The notes under the pieces: generated by a model
Databases searched by the model: none
The model's input: the letters and a program-made list of their open reading frames with translations, nothing else
Told to the model about the DNA's origin: nothing
Translations under genes and position numbers: made by a program
Part shown: one piece after another, positions 13,749 to 28,990 of the stretch
Layout: each line of letters starts with the position of its first letter
Position numbering within the stretch: the stretch's first letter is position 1
Assembly: GCF_009914755.1 (NCBI RefSeq)
Contig: NC_060929.1
Origin: the human T2T-CHM13v2.0 reference genome, Homo sapiens
Reading direction: 5' to 3' (one strand)
DNA: 64,000 bases

Positions 13749-14165
13749 GACTAGATAGAAGTCTGTACCCGGGTCCACAAGGCCCTGCATGATCTGACCC
13801 GTCTGCTTCTCCAGTCTCTCTTCACACCTCTGACCCTTCTGCTCTGTCATTTCAGTCATGGTGGCAGACTTTTGGCCACTCACAGGAGCCATAGACATGG
13901 AGCTAAGTGGTCATGTGTCGGCCTGGACTGGACCATGTGTTTCTGGGGCACAGACTTTTGGGATCCAGGGCACTCCTAGCCCCCAGTCTTTGCCTGGCTT
14001 CCTCTTCCCATGTCCTGCTTCTCTCCTTCCTGCGGGTTGGGACCCAGTACCCTCCATCTCTCTCACTCCTCCCCTCTCAAACCCTTCTTTTAGGAAAGGA
14101 GTCCAAATCGACCACTTACACCTCAGTTCAATGCAAGCCAGTATAATTAATAAGGAACATTTAAG

Positions 14166-14518
<353 letters not shown>

Positions 14519-14764
14519 TAATTGGCAAAGTTGTTTTCTTCAAGAAACCAACGAGCAGGTAAGTGGACTCTGCAGAGCAGAGCGGAGAAAGAAAGAACGC
14601 ATCCCTGAGATCCCATCATAAGGTAAGCAGTTGCCTCCTCCACTAAGATGAAATCAGCCCTGATTTCAGTTTCAGAGTCAACCAATATTTATCGAGCACC
14701 TTCTAAGAGCCAGGAACTGTGCTAGGAGTGTTAGCTTGTTATTTTCTGTTAACCTCCTAAATTC

Positions 14765-15342
14765 TGTAAACCAGTCTGGGTTTGGCTACAAGTAACAGAA
14801 GCCATTATAGACAGTTTAAGCAGGAAGTCCAACAATTTGGTAAGCATCTGTCAATTCTGTAGCAAAAGACAAACTTGTACATGCTGACAAACTTGTTGAA
14901 TGGGCTCGGGGAGCAGGTTCCAGTGAGCACCTCTGGGAGTAACTTGCAGGAATAGCATTGCAGAACTGACGCACCAAGGGAGCTGCTACTATGCACAAGC
15001 TGGGGAAGTGGGAAGCAGCCACCCCAGCTGCCAGATCTGGAGTTAGACCATCTGAGCTGCCATGTGGAGATTCTAAATCTATATCCAGAGCTGTAGCTCC
15101 AGAGCGACACCATGACTTGCACCAGCAAGAGGGTTCCCTGGCAGGTCTCTCTTCCCACCTAACTCATTTCTCTATTCCAGTCTTCTGCCATCACAGGCAG
15201 ATACTGAATCACAACCACAGCCCTGGATGCAGAGGAGTCTGGGGACTGTCATTTCTAGCATTCCCATCTCTGCAGGACCAGAAGGTAGATGAGAAAGATG
15301 CCACAGTGGATATTGAGTAAGGCAATCTGTAGTCTCTGCCCT
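14765..15342 (-). mobile_element. Old MaLR LTR (MLT1-type)
   Basis: tttggctacaagtaacagaag start and ggatattgagtaaggcaatctgtagtctctgcc end resemble an antisense MLT1. Confidence 0.55.
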
Positions 15343-15657
15343 GTTAAAAAAAAAAAAAAAAGAGGGGGAGGTGTTGTTTCCTTGACTTTACAGAAATGGA
15401 AGCTGAGCTCCTGAGGGTGAGGTGCTCTAGGTTTGCCAACTCTAAGCTCCATTGCTTTTTCCAATAAAAGGAAAGAGAATGTCATTTGTTATATTTAAAG
15501 GCAGTAACAAGTGAGGTATTAGTCCCCTAACTACCAAAACAACACATTTCAGAGCTCAGCCGGTTGCTGAGAAACTGATGAGAGTCAACGGACAAGGGAT
15601 AGCCCAGGAACCCAGTCAGGTAGAATCCTGGAATCTCCACTGTTTGTTTCAGCATCT

Positions 15658-16010
15658 CACCACTCAGAAAGTGATCTACGGAAGGCATGTTTTCATCCAC
15701 AGGGTTCTCAGTGATAACACTGCTTTTCTCTTGGGAGCGGTGCCTCGGAATTCAGGATAGCCAAAAAACTACAAGCTATGGTTCCCAGAGCAGGATGGAT
15801 GTGTTTATCTATCCAACTGTGGGGAAAGGTGTGCACTACTCAGAAAGTGATCTACTGAGGGCATGTTTTCATCCAACAGGGTTCTCAGTGATAACACTGC
15901 TTTTCTCTTGGGAGCGGTGACTTGGAATTCAGGATAGCCAAAAAACTATAAGCTATGGTTCCCAGAGCAGGACGGATGCGTCTGTCTATCCAACTGTGGG
16001 GAAAGGTGTG
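15658..16010 (+). repeat. Head-to-tail tandem duplication, 176 + 177 bp
   Basis: 15658-15833 versus 15834-16010; about 10 substitutions and 1 indel. Confidence 0.95.
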
Positions 16011-16328
16011 GGTATGAGGTCCTGAGAAGGGGCTCATTTCTCTAAGAGAGAACATATATCTTCAATTAGAGGGACTGCAGTTTTTCGGAAGTGAGTAGAC
16101 AGTAATTATTAATTATTCAGATAACCATCACCACTGCCTTAGTTCCAGCTCTCACTATTTCTCAGCTGGACCATCACAAAGCCAACTCCCTGGGAGCCCT
16201 ACTTTGTGTTTCTACCAGTCAATTCATCTTTCCTACCGGCAGACCTATATTTCTACAATCTGGATCTAACCGTGTTAAAGCCCCGCTTAAAAACCTTTTA
16301 GCTTGTCATTGCTTAAAAGATAAATCCC

Positions 16329-17195
16329 ACTCAACAGCAACAACAAAACAACATGATTAAAAAATGGGTAAAGGACTTGGATAGACTTTTCTACGAAGAA
16401 GACATACAAATGGTCAACAAGTGTATGAAAAGGTGTCAACATCATTAATCACTAGGGAGACACAAATCACAATCACAATGAGACATCAACTCACACCTAT
16501 TAAGATGGCTACTATCAAAAAAAAAACAAGTGTTGTCAAGGATGCAGAGAAATTAAAATCTTTATGCACTGTGGGTAGGAATGGAAGACAGTGCAATTGC
16601 TTTGGAAAACAGAATGGTGGTTCTTCAAAACATTAAAAAACAGAATTACCATACGATCCAGCAGTTCCACCTTTATGTATATACCCCCCTAAATTGAATG
16701 CAGAGTCTTGAAGAGATATTTGCATACCAAAAACAGCATTATTCACAACAGCTAAAAAGTGGAAGCAATGCAAGTGTCCACTGATGGATGAATGGATAAA
16801 CATTTGGTATATACATATAATGAGATATTACTCAGCCTTAAAAAACAGAAGGAAATTTGGACCCATGCTAAAACATGGGTAGAACCTTGAGAACGTTATG
16901 CCAAGTGAAATCAGCCAGTCATAAAAAGACAAATACTGCATGATTCCACTTACATGAGTACCTAGAGTAGCCAAATTCACAGAGACAGAGACTAGTAGTT
17001 TCCAGGGTTTGGGGGTAGGAGGGGATAGGGAGTTTTTGTTTAATGGGCATAGAGGTTCAGTTTTGCAAGATGAAAAGGGTTCTGAAGATTGGTGGTACGA
17101 CAATGTGAATAGACTTGACACTACTAAATTACATACTTAAAGATGATTAAGATAGTAAATCTTATGTTATTTGCATTTTATCACAATCAAAAAAG
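16329..17195 (+). mobile_element. L1MB 3' end inserted in an L2 fragment (about 16125-17330)
   Basis: aaaatgggtaaaggacttggatagac...gccaagtgaaatcagccagtcataaaaagacaaatactgcatgattccac...ttttatcacaatcaaaa. Confidence 0.9.
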
Positions 17196-18659
17196 AGATA
17201 AAAGTCCAAGGTACCTGGTGTGGCATTCAACACCGGAGACCCCTGGGATCCAATCTGCTCTTAGACTTCACCCACTGCTTCTTCCTAAAATCAGCCATAC
17301 AGCCATTCCTGGCACTCACCATGCCCGTTCATGTCTCTGTCTCCCTGAGCTGCTCTACATCGCAGGGCCCCCGCCCTTACCATGTAGCTTGTCAAAACTC
17401 ACAATTACATCACATATGTCCTTGACCATTGAGATTTTGCCTGCAAGAATGTCAGGGCCATGACATAGGGACATTAAATATTATTACATACTGCAGGACT
17501 GGGTGCCTATGATGAATTGGATAACTGAGACATGTTTAACAGCCAGTTCAAATGTCATTTCCTTTCTTCAGCTTTTCTCAGCTGCCCTAGCAGGATGGAT
17601 CTCTGCTTTATCTGGCTTAGTTTGTCCCTTTTTGAGCTGCCAGCACATCACCTATCCCACTGCATTCCCGTTAGCGTGGATGTAGCTATTCCTCACATCA
17701 GATGAAGACCTTCAAGTCAGAGATCATACATTATTAAGTGTTACCTTCCCAGTACCCAGGAGAGTGCTTGACAAATAACAGGTACTCTTTGTTTAATGTG
17801 GCATGTTCCAAATTTTTGCAGTTTTTTTCACCTTCAGGATTTGCGTCGTATTTACAAATACTCTTCCCTTTAAAATTGGCTCATATGTTAAAAACTGCTT
17901 TAAGAAGAAAATAATTTAGGAAGGAAATACCAGTAAAAATAAAGATTTTAATATGCTAGTTATATTTTGCTCTATTATGCATTAAATGAGTAATGATTAA
18001 ATTTTAGAACGTTCTTCTGTATAGCACTAAAATTATGACTGTCATTATTTGAAAAACAGTTGTTTAAACAAGAACCACCGTGAGAGTTCACACTCCTCGG
18101 GTGTCCCTTGAGGATCTCTGGCAAGGACCAGGTCTGGGGCCAAGTCCCAGGTCAGGCAACAAAGGCTGCCGTGTATGTCGTCTCTGCCTACCTTCCCTCC
18201 TTCTGCCTGGAAAAGTGGCTCAATAGGTCACTGCCTGCCTCTTTGTGTATGTGCAAGTCTTTCTAGAAGGAGGAAATACCAAAAACCTTTAAAAATATAT
18301 CTCCAGTGTTTAACATTCTACAGTCTTTTTTGGAGGACTGAAATTTTTTAAAAAAGCATTTAAACAGGAATGGCTGTAGTTAATACTGTAGGTACTACTT
18401 TACTTAAAATAGCACTTTTAGAGCCAAGGCACTTTCACACCTATTTCTCCCATTTTCATGATATTTCTGGAAGGAAGCTGAGAAGTGGGCAGAATTTTAT
18501 GGATAGAGAAAGTAACCCAGGCTGAGATAATCCAAGCACCTCTGCTGAAAGTCCCTGGGCTAGTCTGCCTCTGCCTCTTGGCGTAAGACTCTTCCCATTA
18601 GGTTATATATGACTGGCCCAGACTCAATAATGAATAATTATTCATAAAAATGTTAAGTA

Positions 18660-19180
18660 ATAACGATGATAATATAATAGCCAGTACTTGGTGGATACTT
18701 ATTCCTAGGCATTATTTTAGGAACCTGTTCAATCCTCACAACAACCCTGAATTAGGCACTCTAATTGTGTCCATTTCACAGATGGGGAAACCAAGGCTAG
18801 TAGAGCTTGGGTCACCTGCTCAGGGTTACAACAGCAAGTGCTTCCCAACTCTACCTTAAACCATCGGATAAACCATTTTACCCCCAAGTGTGGAAATGTT
18901 ATTATTAATGTTCCATAATAATATTAAGAACAGTTATTATTGTTGCTGTTATAATGGAGATAGCTAACATTTACTGAGGACTTAACATGAGCAAAATACT
19001 GTGTTAAACTTTTTATTTTATGTGATTTAAATCATTTAATCACCATGACAATCCAATGAGTAGTTGCTATCATGACCTTCCTTTTACTGATGAGGAAACT
19101 GAGGTACAGTGCAGTTAACCAGCCTAGCAAAAGCTGTTCATAATTACACAGAGGTAGAGGCAAAATTCAAACCCAGGGAT
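18660..19180 (-). mobile_element. Two MIR copies (18660-18850, 18960-19180)
   Basis: cacagatggggaaaccaaggc and ctgatgaggaaactgagg cores. Confidence 0.75.
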
Positions 19181-20064
19181 GCTCTGGAATCAAGGCCAGC
19201 ATGGGCCAGAGAAGAGCAGAAAGAGAGGGTCAATTCTGCACAATTGGAAATGAGACTTCTTGGAATTAAAACTTTCCTTGGCTAATCTGGAGGGATAGCT
19301 GTCTCTGTTGAGTGGCAGGTTATTTATCTGAAGTCTACCTGAGAAGTCTATTTGTACATGAGCAGATAGTAAAACCTAGCACCTATGGGGAAAAGAAATG
19401 AATGGGAAACTGCAAATAGTTCATACTGGCTCGTGGGCTGTAGCTGAAAGAAGGTGCTATGGAATGCATATGGGCCACGGGGACATGGCGTGGGCCGGCC
19501 TCCACAGCAGAGGAGGCGGGTGTTTCCCCAAAGTCAGGCTCCAGCTGGCCTGCCTTATTCTGTGGGGTGTCCTTCCTCGGGGACCACATCTACCTTTGAG
19601 CTCAGTGTCTTAGGACTCAGAGCTTAAGGAAGGCAGACTTAGAAGAGACTCAGTGAGCCCACGGACTTGCAGCATAAGTCACTCCCATGAGACAGAGGTG
19701 AGGTCCTAGTCAGTGTCACACAGGCCAGGGAGGTCTCACCTGCATTCCTGGGGAGAAGTGACAGTTCAGATTCCTGGCCATTTCTCTAGGTGAAACAGCA
19801 CCTCGGGGAGTGAGGACTGGGAATTTAAGTGTCTTCAAGTGATTCTTATCCCTCCTACCTTTGACACCCCATGGCCCGCATTTTTGCCAAAAGAAAATTT
19901 GGCTGGAAAGTGGGGAGAGCCATACGCTGTAAGGAGGGCTATCAGTGAGGAGGAGAGTAAACCCTTGTTAATTTTCTCTACACAAGCTTGCCAGAGAAAA
20001 AGGTGTATATTCAAGCAAACAATAAAAATAGGCAGACACATTTGCATGCTGAATGGTTTGCTGT

Positions 20065-20290
20065 TTGAGGCTCTGAAGTCAGGCAATCTGGTTTCCAATC
20101 CGGAGTCTGCCATTTCTAGCTGTGTGACTTTGACCAAGTGATGTAAACCCCTCCCAGCCTTAGTTTCCTCATCGGGGCAGTAGAGATAGTAATTGCTCCT
20201 ACTGTAGGTGGGGAGGCTCTGAAGAGATAAAACATGCAGAGGGCTGAGTTTAGTGTCTGGCACATAATAGGTACTCAATGAATACAGACC
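20065..20290 (+). mobile_element. MIR
   Basis: ctagctgtgtgactttgaccaagtg...agtttcctcatc...gtctggcacataataggtactcaat. Confidence 0.85.
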
Positions 20291-22004
20291 CTTAGCACAG
20301 TACTGCTGTTATTATGATTAGGAAGGAAGTCTGTGGCCTGGAACCCCTCTCCATCATGTCTAGAAATAGGCCTGGAGAGCGCTTGGCAGCTGACACCTGT
20401 GGCTCAGTTCACATGAGAAGCTAAGGTCCGGTTCTGGAAACTCTCAAACCAGCAGCCCCCCGAGAGGCCTGATCCACCCAGGACACTGAGTCCCTTGGCC
20501 ACTTTCTTGGTGCCACATGCCATGAGTGATGTGCCTCCTAGACAATAACCTGTGGGCTTTTGGACCCAGTGAAGATGAAACATCCTATTTCAGAGGATAA
20601 ATACCGCAAATCCACAGAGAGCCTGCAAAGCCTCCTGGAACGTCACAGGTCTGGCAATGCCACTGCCTTCGTCTCCCCCTCTCCTGATAACCTGCTGACA
20701 GCCAGCCCGGCCCAACACCCTCCTGGTCCCTGTCAGGGAAAACTCGGGGGACTCTCTCTAATTGTCTTATTGGTATAGCCCATGATTTGGGAGGAAGTAA
20801 ACAAAGGCATAGATCAAACTCCCTAGGGAAGTCAGGGAAGTTGCTGTAAAGGTGCTTGAAAAAGAGAAAGAACGCATTTAATTTCATTTTCCCCTTTATC
20901 TTATATTATGTATGGACTACCTTTTACCTGGCAATTGCCTTTTCAGAAAAAACAAGACAAACAAAACCAAAATCTGCAAGATGAGGGAGTTGGAATAACA
21001 AATAGTTGACTGACTGATCTTTCTATCCATCCGTCATACAAATGTTATTGTCCATCTTTATGTGCAAGACACTGTGGGAGTATCTGGGGATTCAGGGGTG
21101 AGCAAAAGAGAGACATGGCCCCTGGTGTCACTGAGCCTAAGGTTGAAGGGGGAGAGTGACCTTTACTCCACTTGCTCCCTCTGCAAAAATCTCAAGTCAC
21201 AATTTTAGAGATCTGATCAAAGCTCTCTTGGAGAAGGAAAGGGAAAGTGTGTACTGAGTATACGATGAGGGGATAGGACCTAGGCTGGGTGCCGGAGGGT
21301 GGGTCAGGCAATCTCACGGCTGCAGGCCCAGCCTCCCAGCTTTCATAGCTCTGTCCCTACATTGTGCTAAGTAAGTGTCAGTGAATAACACAGTGACTCA
21401 TAGCAAGTAGGTGTATGATGAGGGTGTCTACTAGCACACACCACTGCACAGGAAGAACTGCCCGTGATATTCTGTCCTGAGTTGACTCCCGGAGGTTCCT
21501 TTTGCAATAACCACTTTAGTAGCTCCCTAGAGATGTCTGTGTCACGTACCCAAGAGCTGAAGTCAGACTTCAGAAAATGCTCCTTGACGCTCTACTCTTC
21601 TGAGTAACAGAACTGTGGGGAAGGGAATCCTAGCTCCCTCTGTAGTGAACCCTGACTCTGCCAAGTCTGTAGCCATCACAAAGTCCCAGATGGGATGGTG
21701 GTGTCAAACATGGTTGGATTAAGACCATGCTTTATCACTAAGAACCACAGGCTCTTCATAAGATGGAGGCTGCCCACCGCAGAGATTGTGGCTGCCATAT
21801 GCCAGGTGCTCCCTGGTAAGCAGCCAGGACCTGTTTGGACGATTTCTCCTAATTCAGCCCCAAATGCCAACTCCCTACCCATTCCTGACACAGTTTTTTT
21901 GTTGTTGTTGTGTTTGTTTTTTTTTTTTTTTTGGTACAAGGCACTATATATTTCAAATCATTCTTCTGGACCAGATAAAAAGAGGAAAGGGAAGAGGGGA
22001 AAAA

Positions 22005-22005
<1 letters not shown>

Positions 22006-22051
<46 letters not shown>

Positions 22052-22072
22052 CACACACCCTACACACACACA
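22006..22072 (+). repeat. (AC)22 plus interrupted extension
   Basis: Read directly. Confidence 0.97.
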
Positions 22073-22919
22073 GAGATTTCTTCTTTGTAATTTTTCTCTT
22101 TCCCTAGGAGACAGAAAGACTAGGAGGTAGGAGGAACAGAAGTCCCTTGCTTTCTTGGTTTGTAAAATTTTCCAGTCAAGTCCTAGTGTACTCACCTCAG
22201 CCAGCCAATCAACGTATGTAAAGGTAGATAGTATAGATAAGCGACTGCCCAGGGACACCCCGTGGGGCAGCCTGGTGGGCAGCCAATGGATTAGGAAGGA
22301 AACAGGACTGCGGTCAGATCCCAGCAACTCCATATCCTAGCTGTGAAACCCTGGCCAAATTCTTACCCTCATAGTTTGTTTCCACATCTGTAAAACGGGA
22401 ATGCCTGCCCCGTAGGGCTTCTGTGAGAATTAAGCACACATCTAAACCACACTGTGCATGTAAAGACTAGCAGCCTAGGCTACGATTTGAGTATCGCCCC
22501 ACCTACAGCTGAACATCGCACAACATGCATAACCTTGTGTGGTAGTCTGGCCCATAGAAAGAGCTCAGTCAGTAGCCACTATTATAAGATACAGTCCTTG
22601 TCTTCGGAAGCTTACACTGTAACTGAGCTTTCCACATGAATAATACTGGCAAGCATACCAGGGAAAGAGAAAGCATTGCCAGCTTACAGAGGTGAACAAT
22701 ATTCACTATCAATGGATCAAGAGAAGCTTGTGGGATTGAAGAGAACACAGCATTAACAAAGATGCAAGGCAGAGATGTGCAGGGGGGTGGTGAAATAAGG
22801 AAATGGGGCTGAGGGTGAGGGTATTTAATAACATTAGCATATGAGAAAGGACTTTAAGACCTTAGCCCACTAAGGATTTCTGATCAGCATCTCTGCTAAT
22901 TCTTAAAACAGCCAGAGGA

Positions 22920-23252
<333 letters not shown>

Positions 23253-24505
23253 TTAAGTATGAGGAAATTGAGGCTCCAAAGAGCTGGGTACCTTCTCCTA
23301 AAAGCGTGGTTAGTAAGTGCTGGAGCCAGAACTTGAGTCTAGGGTCTCTAGCTCCGAAGCATTGATGTGAGTAAAGGGTTGGAGAGAAAACAAGGATAAT
23401 CTTGGTTGAGACCCTGGAGGTCGTCAAAGGCCAATGGGAGAGTTTGGATTTTTATTGAATAAGCAATAAAGGAAAAGAAGATCTTCAGCACAAGAGTGAT
23501 GCGCTAACAGATGATTTAAGAGGAGGAGCCTGGCTAGGAAGGGCTGAGTGGCCTGTGGAATACAGAGGGGCAAGAAGGAGTTCATCCTTCATTTATTATT
23601 CAACCAATACTTCTTGAGCAGGGTACTAAGCTGGTGCTGCTTGCCCAATTCCTCCCTTTCTGACTGAGAGCCTGCACTCTGCTCTAACAGGCCGTGGTGG
23701 CTCTGGAGTTGTGGCAAATACACAAACTGCCATGTTCCTTAGGGAGTGATGGGCTCCACCTGCTTCCCGGAAGCCCACCAGGATTTCAGCTTTATTGTCC
23801 TCTAAAGAGATCCATTTGCCAAAGAGGGAGAACGCTCCTCGTAGATGGCACAGCAGTAATCACCTGCCATCAACTCCCCAAAGGAATAATTAACCTATGG
23901 GAAGCATCTTCCTGAGGGAAGAGACTGGAGAGCTCAACAGCCTGATGATTTTGAGCCACCCAAGTCTGGCTTTCCTCTTTGCTGGTTGAGATTCTACTTA
24001 AATAGCCAGTCTTTAAATGATCCAGTCAATGATTCACATTTTCTCTGCAGGGGGTGGAACTATGGGAGAGAAATTGCTAATTCATTTACTCATCCATTAA
24101 TTCTACTGATAATTATTGACTGTATTGTGGGAAGAAACAGAGGACAATCTTACAGTGTCTGCCTTCTGTGGATGTCAGGCTGGTGGAAGAGACAGGCTGA
24201 TACCACAAGATGATGGGAAAGGCACGCGGCTGTGGGAGCACACAGGATCACAGCAGCCTTCCTACTAGAACTGACATGCAAGTTCAATCCCCAAAGAAGA
24301 GCAAAGGCAGCCTTTGAGACTGGGGAGGAGTGTTGTAGGAAAGGGGAGCACTTCTGCAAAGGTCTGGAGGCAAGAGAGGGTCTATTTTGGGAATTAGAAC
24401 AACAACAATACTTGCTGCCTATTCCTGAACACTTATTGTGGGTCAGGCATTATGTTAAATGCTTTATGCATGTTACCTCACATATCTTCAAAAATGAAAC
24501 AAGAA

Positions 24506-24890
<385 letters not shown>

Positions 24891-25824
24891 TCAGAGAGGG
24901 TAACTAACTTGTCTGAGGGCACACTCTAAAATGTGGTGAAGTTGGGATTCATTTTCTCTCTCCACTTCCTAAAGTCTGAACCACTACACTGTGCATTGAG
25001 GGCCTCTGGCCACACCCCCTCCAGGAAGCCTTCCCTGACTTCATCAGCCTGCAGGGATGATTTGTTCCTATTGTGGTCAGCTCTGGATTCCATCTTATCT
25101 CTACAACCAGAGAGTACCTTCCTCAAAGTCAGGGAATGCAGCCTCCATTCTTTGTTTCAGTGTGTTCATTCATTCCGTTAATTATACCATAGCACCTCAA
25201 TAAGTATTAATGGATTGACCATTCTTTGGTCATGACGCCACACTGATGAAATGATCCTTTTAAGTGGAAAACTCTGTTGGATCTACACATGCCTCTAACT
25301 CCTGGCCAAAAGGGAAGTTTGAGTGCATTTCAGCTTTCATGGTGTTTTCATAAATAGGGATATATAGGATTACAATGAGCAGGAAGAAAAGAAAGCTTCA
25401 GCACAAATCATGACATTCTGTTCTAAGCTCTTAGGGCTCTGGAGAAATTCAGAGCAATCCCATCACTGTGCTCACAGACAACTGTGGTACGGTTTCTTTG
25501 AGCAACATCCTTTGTATTTGTGTCTGATTTTTGTTTAAAGAATATTCTTTCCAAGATGGCAAACATTAAAGAAGCAAATCTGTTTATATTTGTCTGGCAA
25601 CTGAAAAAATGCATCAGGCTGAAAGCAAATTTCAAACAATGCAACGAACCTGGCATACCAAAGGAAAGCTCTGAAATCCCATAGTTGTAATTAGTTTCCC
25701 CCACAAAATTAGGGCTGCTAGCCTAGGGAGAACCACGTGGATGTGAAATTAGTGAAAGAGAGCAAAGAGATTCTAACCAAAGCTGCCTCATGGCATTAAG
25801 GTACTTGGGTCCCATGACTTGTAG

Positions 25825-26189
<365 letters not shown>

Positions 26190-26444
26190 AGCTTTTCCTC
26201 TTAGAGCAAGCGGCCAGTGAGAGACCTCCCAAGCAACAGTCACCACTGAGAAAGAACGAATCTCCCCAGAAGGGAGAAAATGAATGATAAAAGCAGCTGA
26301 CATTATGCTGGAATAACAAGCAGGGCAGCTTTCCATATCCGGTGACTTCCTGTACTGGCCTGTTCCCAGGCTGGGTGACATGCTAACACTGACCCTTAAT
26401 GGATACAGGGTGGTTGGCGTTCAGTGAAGGGAGGGGCACTGGAA

Positions 26445-27300
26445 TCATTCAGTCATTTTATCAACCAATATATACTTATTGAGCACCTACTAGGTGCTTG
26501 TCTCATCCTAGGAACTGGGGCTACTGTGGTAAAAATTTAAGCATAATCCATGCTGTCCTGGAGCTTCTACTTTGGGGGATGTACTTAGAGATTAAACAAC
26601 TATACAAATAGCTCGTTAACTATAGCTGGGCTTAGTGCAATCAAAGTGAGTTTATCACACAAGGCAGTGTATATGGGGGCAAGGATGCAATCAGAAAAGG
26701 CTTTCTGAAGGAAGTGACACCTGAGCTGGCATTGGAAGAATTCGCTGGTTGAGGACTCAACCAGGTGAAGTTGGGGGGAAAAGCTCATATGAAGCCTTGG
26801 AGTAGGAAGGAGTCCAGCGTACTGGAGGGGTAGGGAGAAGGTCAGTGCACCCAGAGCACAGAGGCCAAGGGGTGAGTGCTGGGGTCAAATCACCCAGGTC
26901 CCTATAAGGCCATGTGGGAGGATTTTCATTATCGTTTCTACCCTAAGAGAAGGTAAAACCATTAAAGTGTTGTGAGCAGGAGAGTGAGGGATCGAACATG
27001 CATTTTGGAAGACAGACATTCACTCTGTGGGAAATGAATTGAACGAAGAGAAGACTGAGTGAGTGAGGAGAGAACACTGAGAAGGGAGCAGACCAGGCAA
27101 AAGGTGGTGGCAGCCTGGCCTTCGAGGGTGGCAGAGGGGCAGAGGTGAAATGGACTGAGTATACACCTAGCAGGTCCAGTCAACTAGGCAGATCAGATAA
27201 GGGGTTGGGGTAAGGGGGAGTTGGATCTAGATGGCATTGGCCTTGTGCGGCGGAACGGGAGGCCTGGCATTCTCTGAGCCTGTGAACCTGGAAGCAACTA
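26445..27300 (-). mobile_element. L2 3' region
   Basis: cattcagtcatt...ttattgagcacctactagg...ggctttctgaaggaagtgacacctgagctg antisense L2 tail. Confidence 0.85.
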
Positions 27301-27319
27301 GGATGGTGGTAGGCGGGGA

Positions 27320-27530
27320 TCACAGACCTGGGTGAGGATCCCAGGTCGGTCACTGATTCGCTGCATGACTTCGGGTGAGCCACATAGCTCTTCATGCACC
27401 TCAGTTTTCTTTTCTGAATAATGGGAATCTTACAGCTATCCTGTATATTTTTAAGGACTAGAATAAAGAATGGTGCCTAGCACAGCACGTGGCAAAGAAA
27501 AGACTCTAATAAACGATAGCAATTATAATC
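27320..27530 (+). mobile_element. MIR
   Basis: cacctcagttttcttttctgaataatggg...gtgcctagcacagcacgtggc. Confidence 0.75.
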
Positions 27531-28204
27531 ATTATGCATTTTTTTTTTTTCCCAAAGCAAACCCTCAGATTCACACTAAAGCTTCTGATCAGAAATACCT
27601 TAGGTGCAACTTCTGACTTCCAGAATGCAAGTATACAATGCAGTCATAAATCCAGGGGCTCCATCCACATGGTAGATACTGCGGATCTGTATATTTATTA
27701 CATTACTTTTTCCTCAGAATACGGCAATAAATCTTGTTCTAACGTACCAATATATCACAACAATTTTCTGACAGTTGGGAGTAAACTACTTGGAGGAAGA
27801 GTGAACTTCTTCTGATACATACATTTGCTGTGTTTTGCCCATGATGGCAGAATATGAGGCAAAGAACATATTCTGGCTAAATACTAGGCAAATAAGCATC
27901 CATCCCCACCAAAAAAATCCTGCCAGCATTTAGGTGCTATTCTATGGATAGATTTTAATGATATGGATAAATCTCTAACTTTCACAGAGAATGTTTGATT
28001 CTAATAGCAGACATCAGTATGTGAGAGAAAGTGGCATTTAAACAGGAAATAGGAAAGAAATATATAGAAAGTGCCTAGCATATTGCCTGGTACTGAGAAA
28101 GTGACAGATGGATCCTTGCCTGATTGTACTGTTGCAGCAGTGGCCAATGATGATACTGTTGTTTTCTAGAACAAATACTGATACATGGGTATTGTGATTT
28201 TTAA

Positions 28205-28586
<382 letters not shown>

Positions 28587-28739
28587 TATACAATGATTAT
28601 ATAGAGATATACCCTGATTTGGAAGGCAGAGATACTTGTTCACAGTGGAAGGCATGATAGAGCTACAGATCCACTGCAGGACAATGATATGGAAAAATCT
28701 CATCACCGGGTACATAAAACCCTGTAGGCAGCAAAGGAA

Positions 28740-28990
28740 TGGGCGCCTTGGGAGAAGCATGCGAGGAACCGGAAACACAGACTAAAAGAACCCAATGCAG
28801 ACAAAGCAGCACCAGGTCAAATACAAACCCCCTGGGCAACTTACGTAGCTGCGCTGTGGGTCAGCGCTATGATTGATGAGGAAGGGCCTTCAGGTATCAC
28901 CGCTGGGCTCGGGCACATTTTACCAAAGGAAGCCAGCGTCATCAGGCCTCTGAATCACTACATTATAACACGTAATAGGGAAGAGCACGG
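28740..28990 (-). promoter_or_regulatory. CpG-retaining unique element with minus-strand donor (candidate promoter/first exon)
   Basis: About 11 CpGs in 250 bp; ACCGGAAA, TGACG and TTACGTAG motifs; TAC|GTAAGT at 28845/28844. Confidence 0.4.

Noticed and set aside
15658-16010. CRISPR-like or satellite array interpretation of the repeat
   Set aside because: Only two contiguous copies, no spacers, and a eukaryotic context.
18630-18645. Short AT-rich palindromes (atgaataattattcat; others near 43977, 14649 and 8049)
   Set aside because: Stems of 8-9 bp in AT-rich DNA are plausible by chance in 64 kb.
21695-22130. ORFs with HTHTHT or VCVCVC runs (also 51663-52125)
   Set aside because: Microsatellite translations.
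20588-22271. In-frame joining of the 76-nt candidate exon to 20691 (RLPHG...WLAE|VIRRGG...FIL*) as a terminal coding pair
   Set aside because: The 20691 acceptor lacks a pyrimidine tract, and I cannot reliably match the peptide to any known protein.
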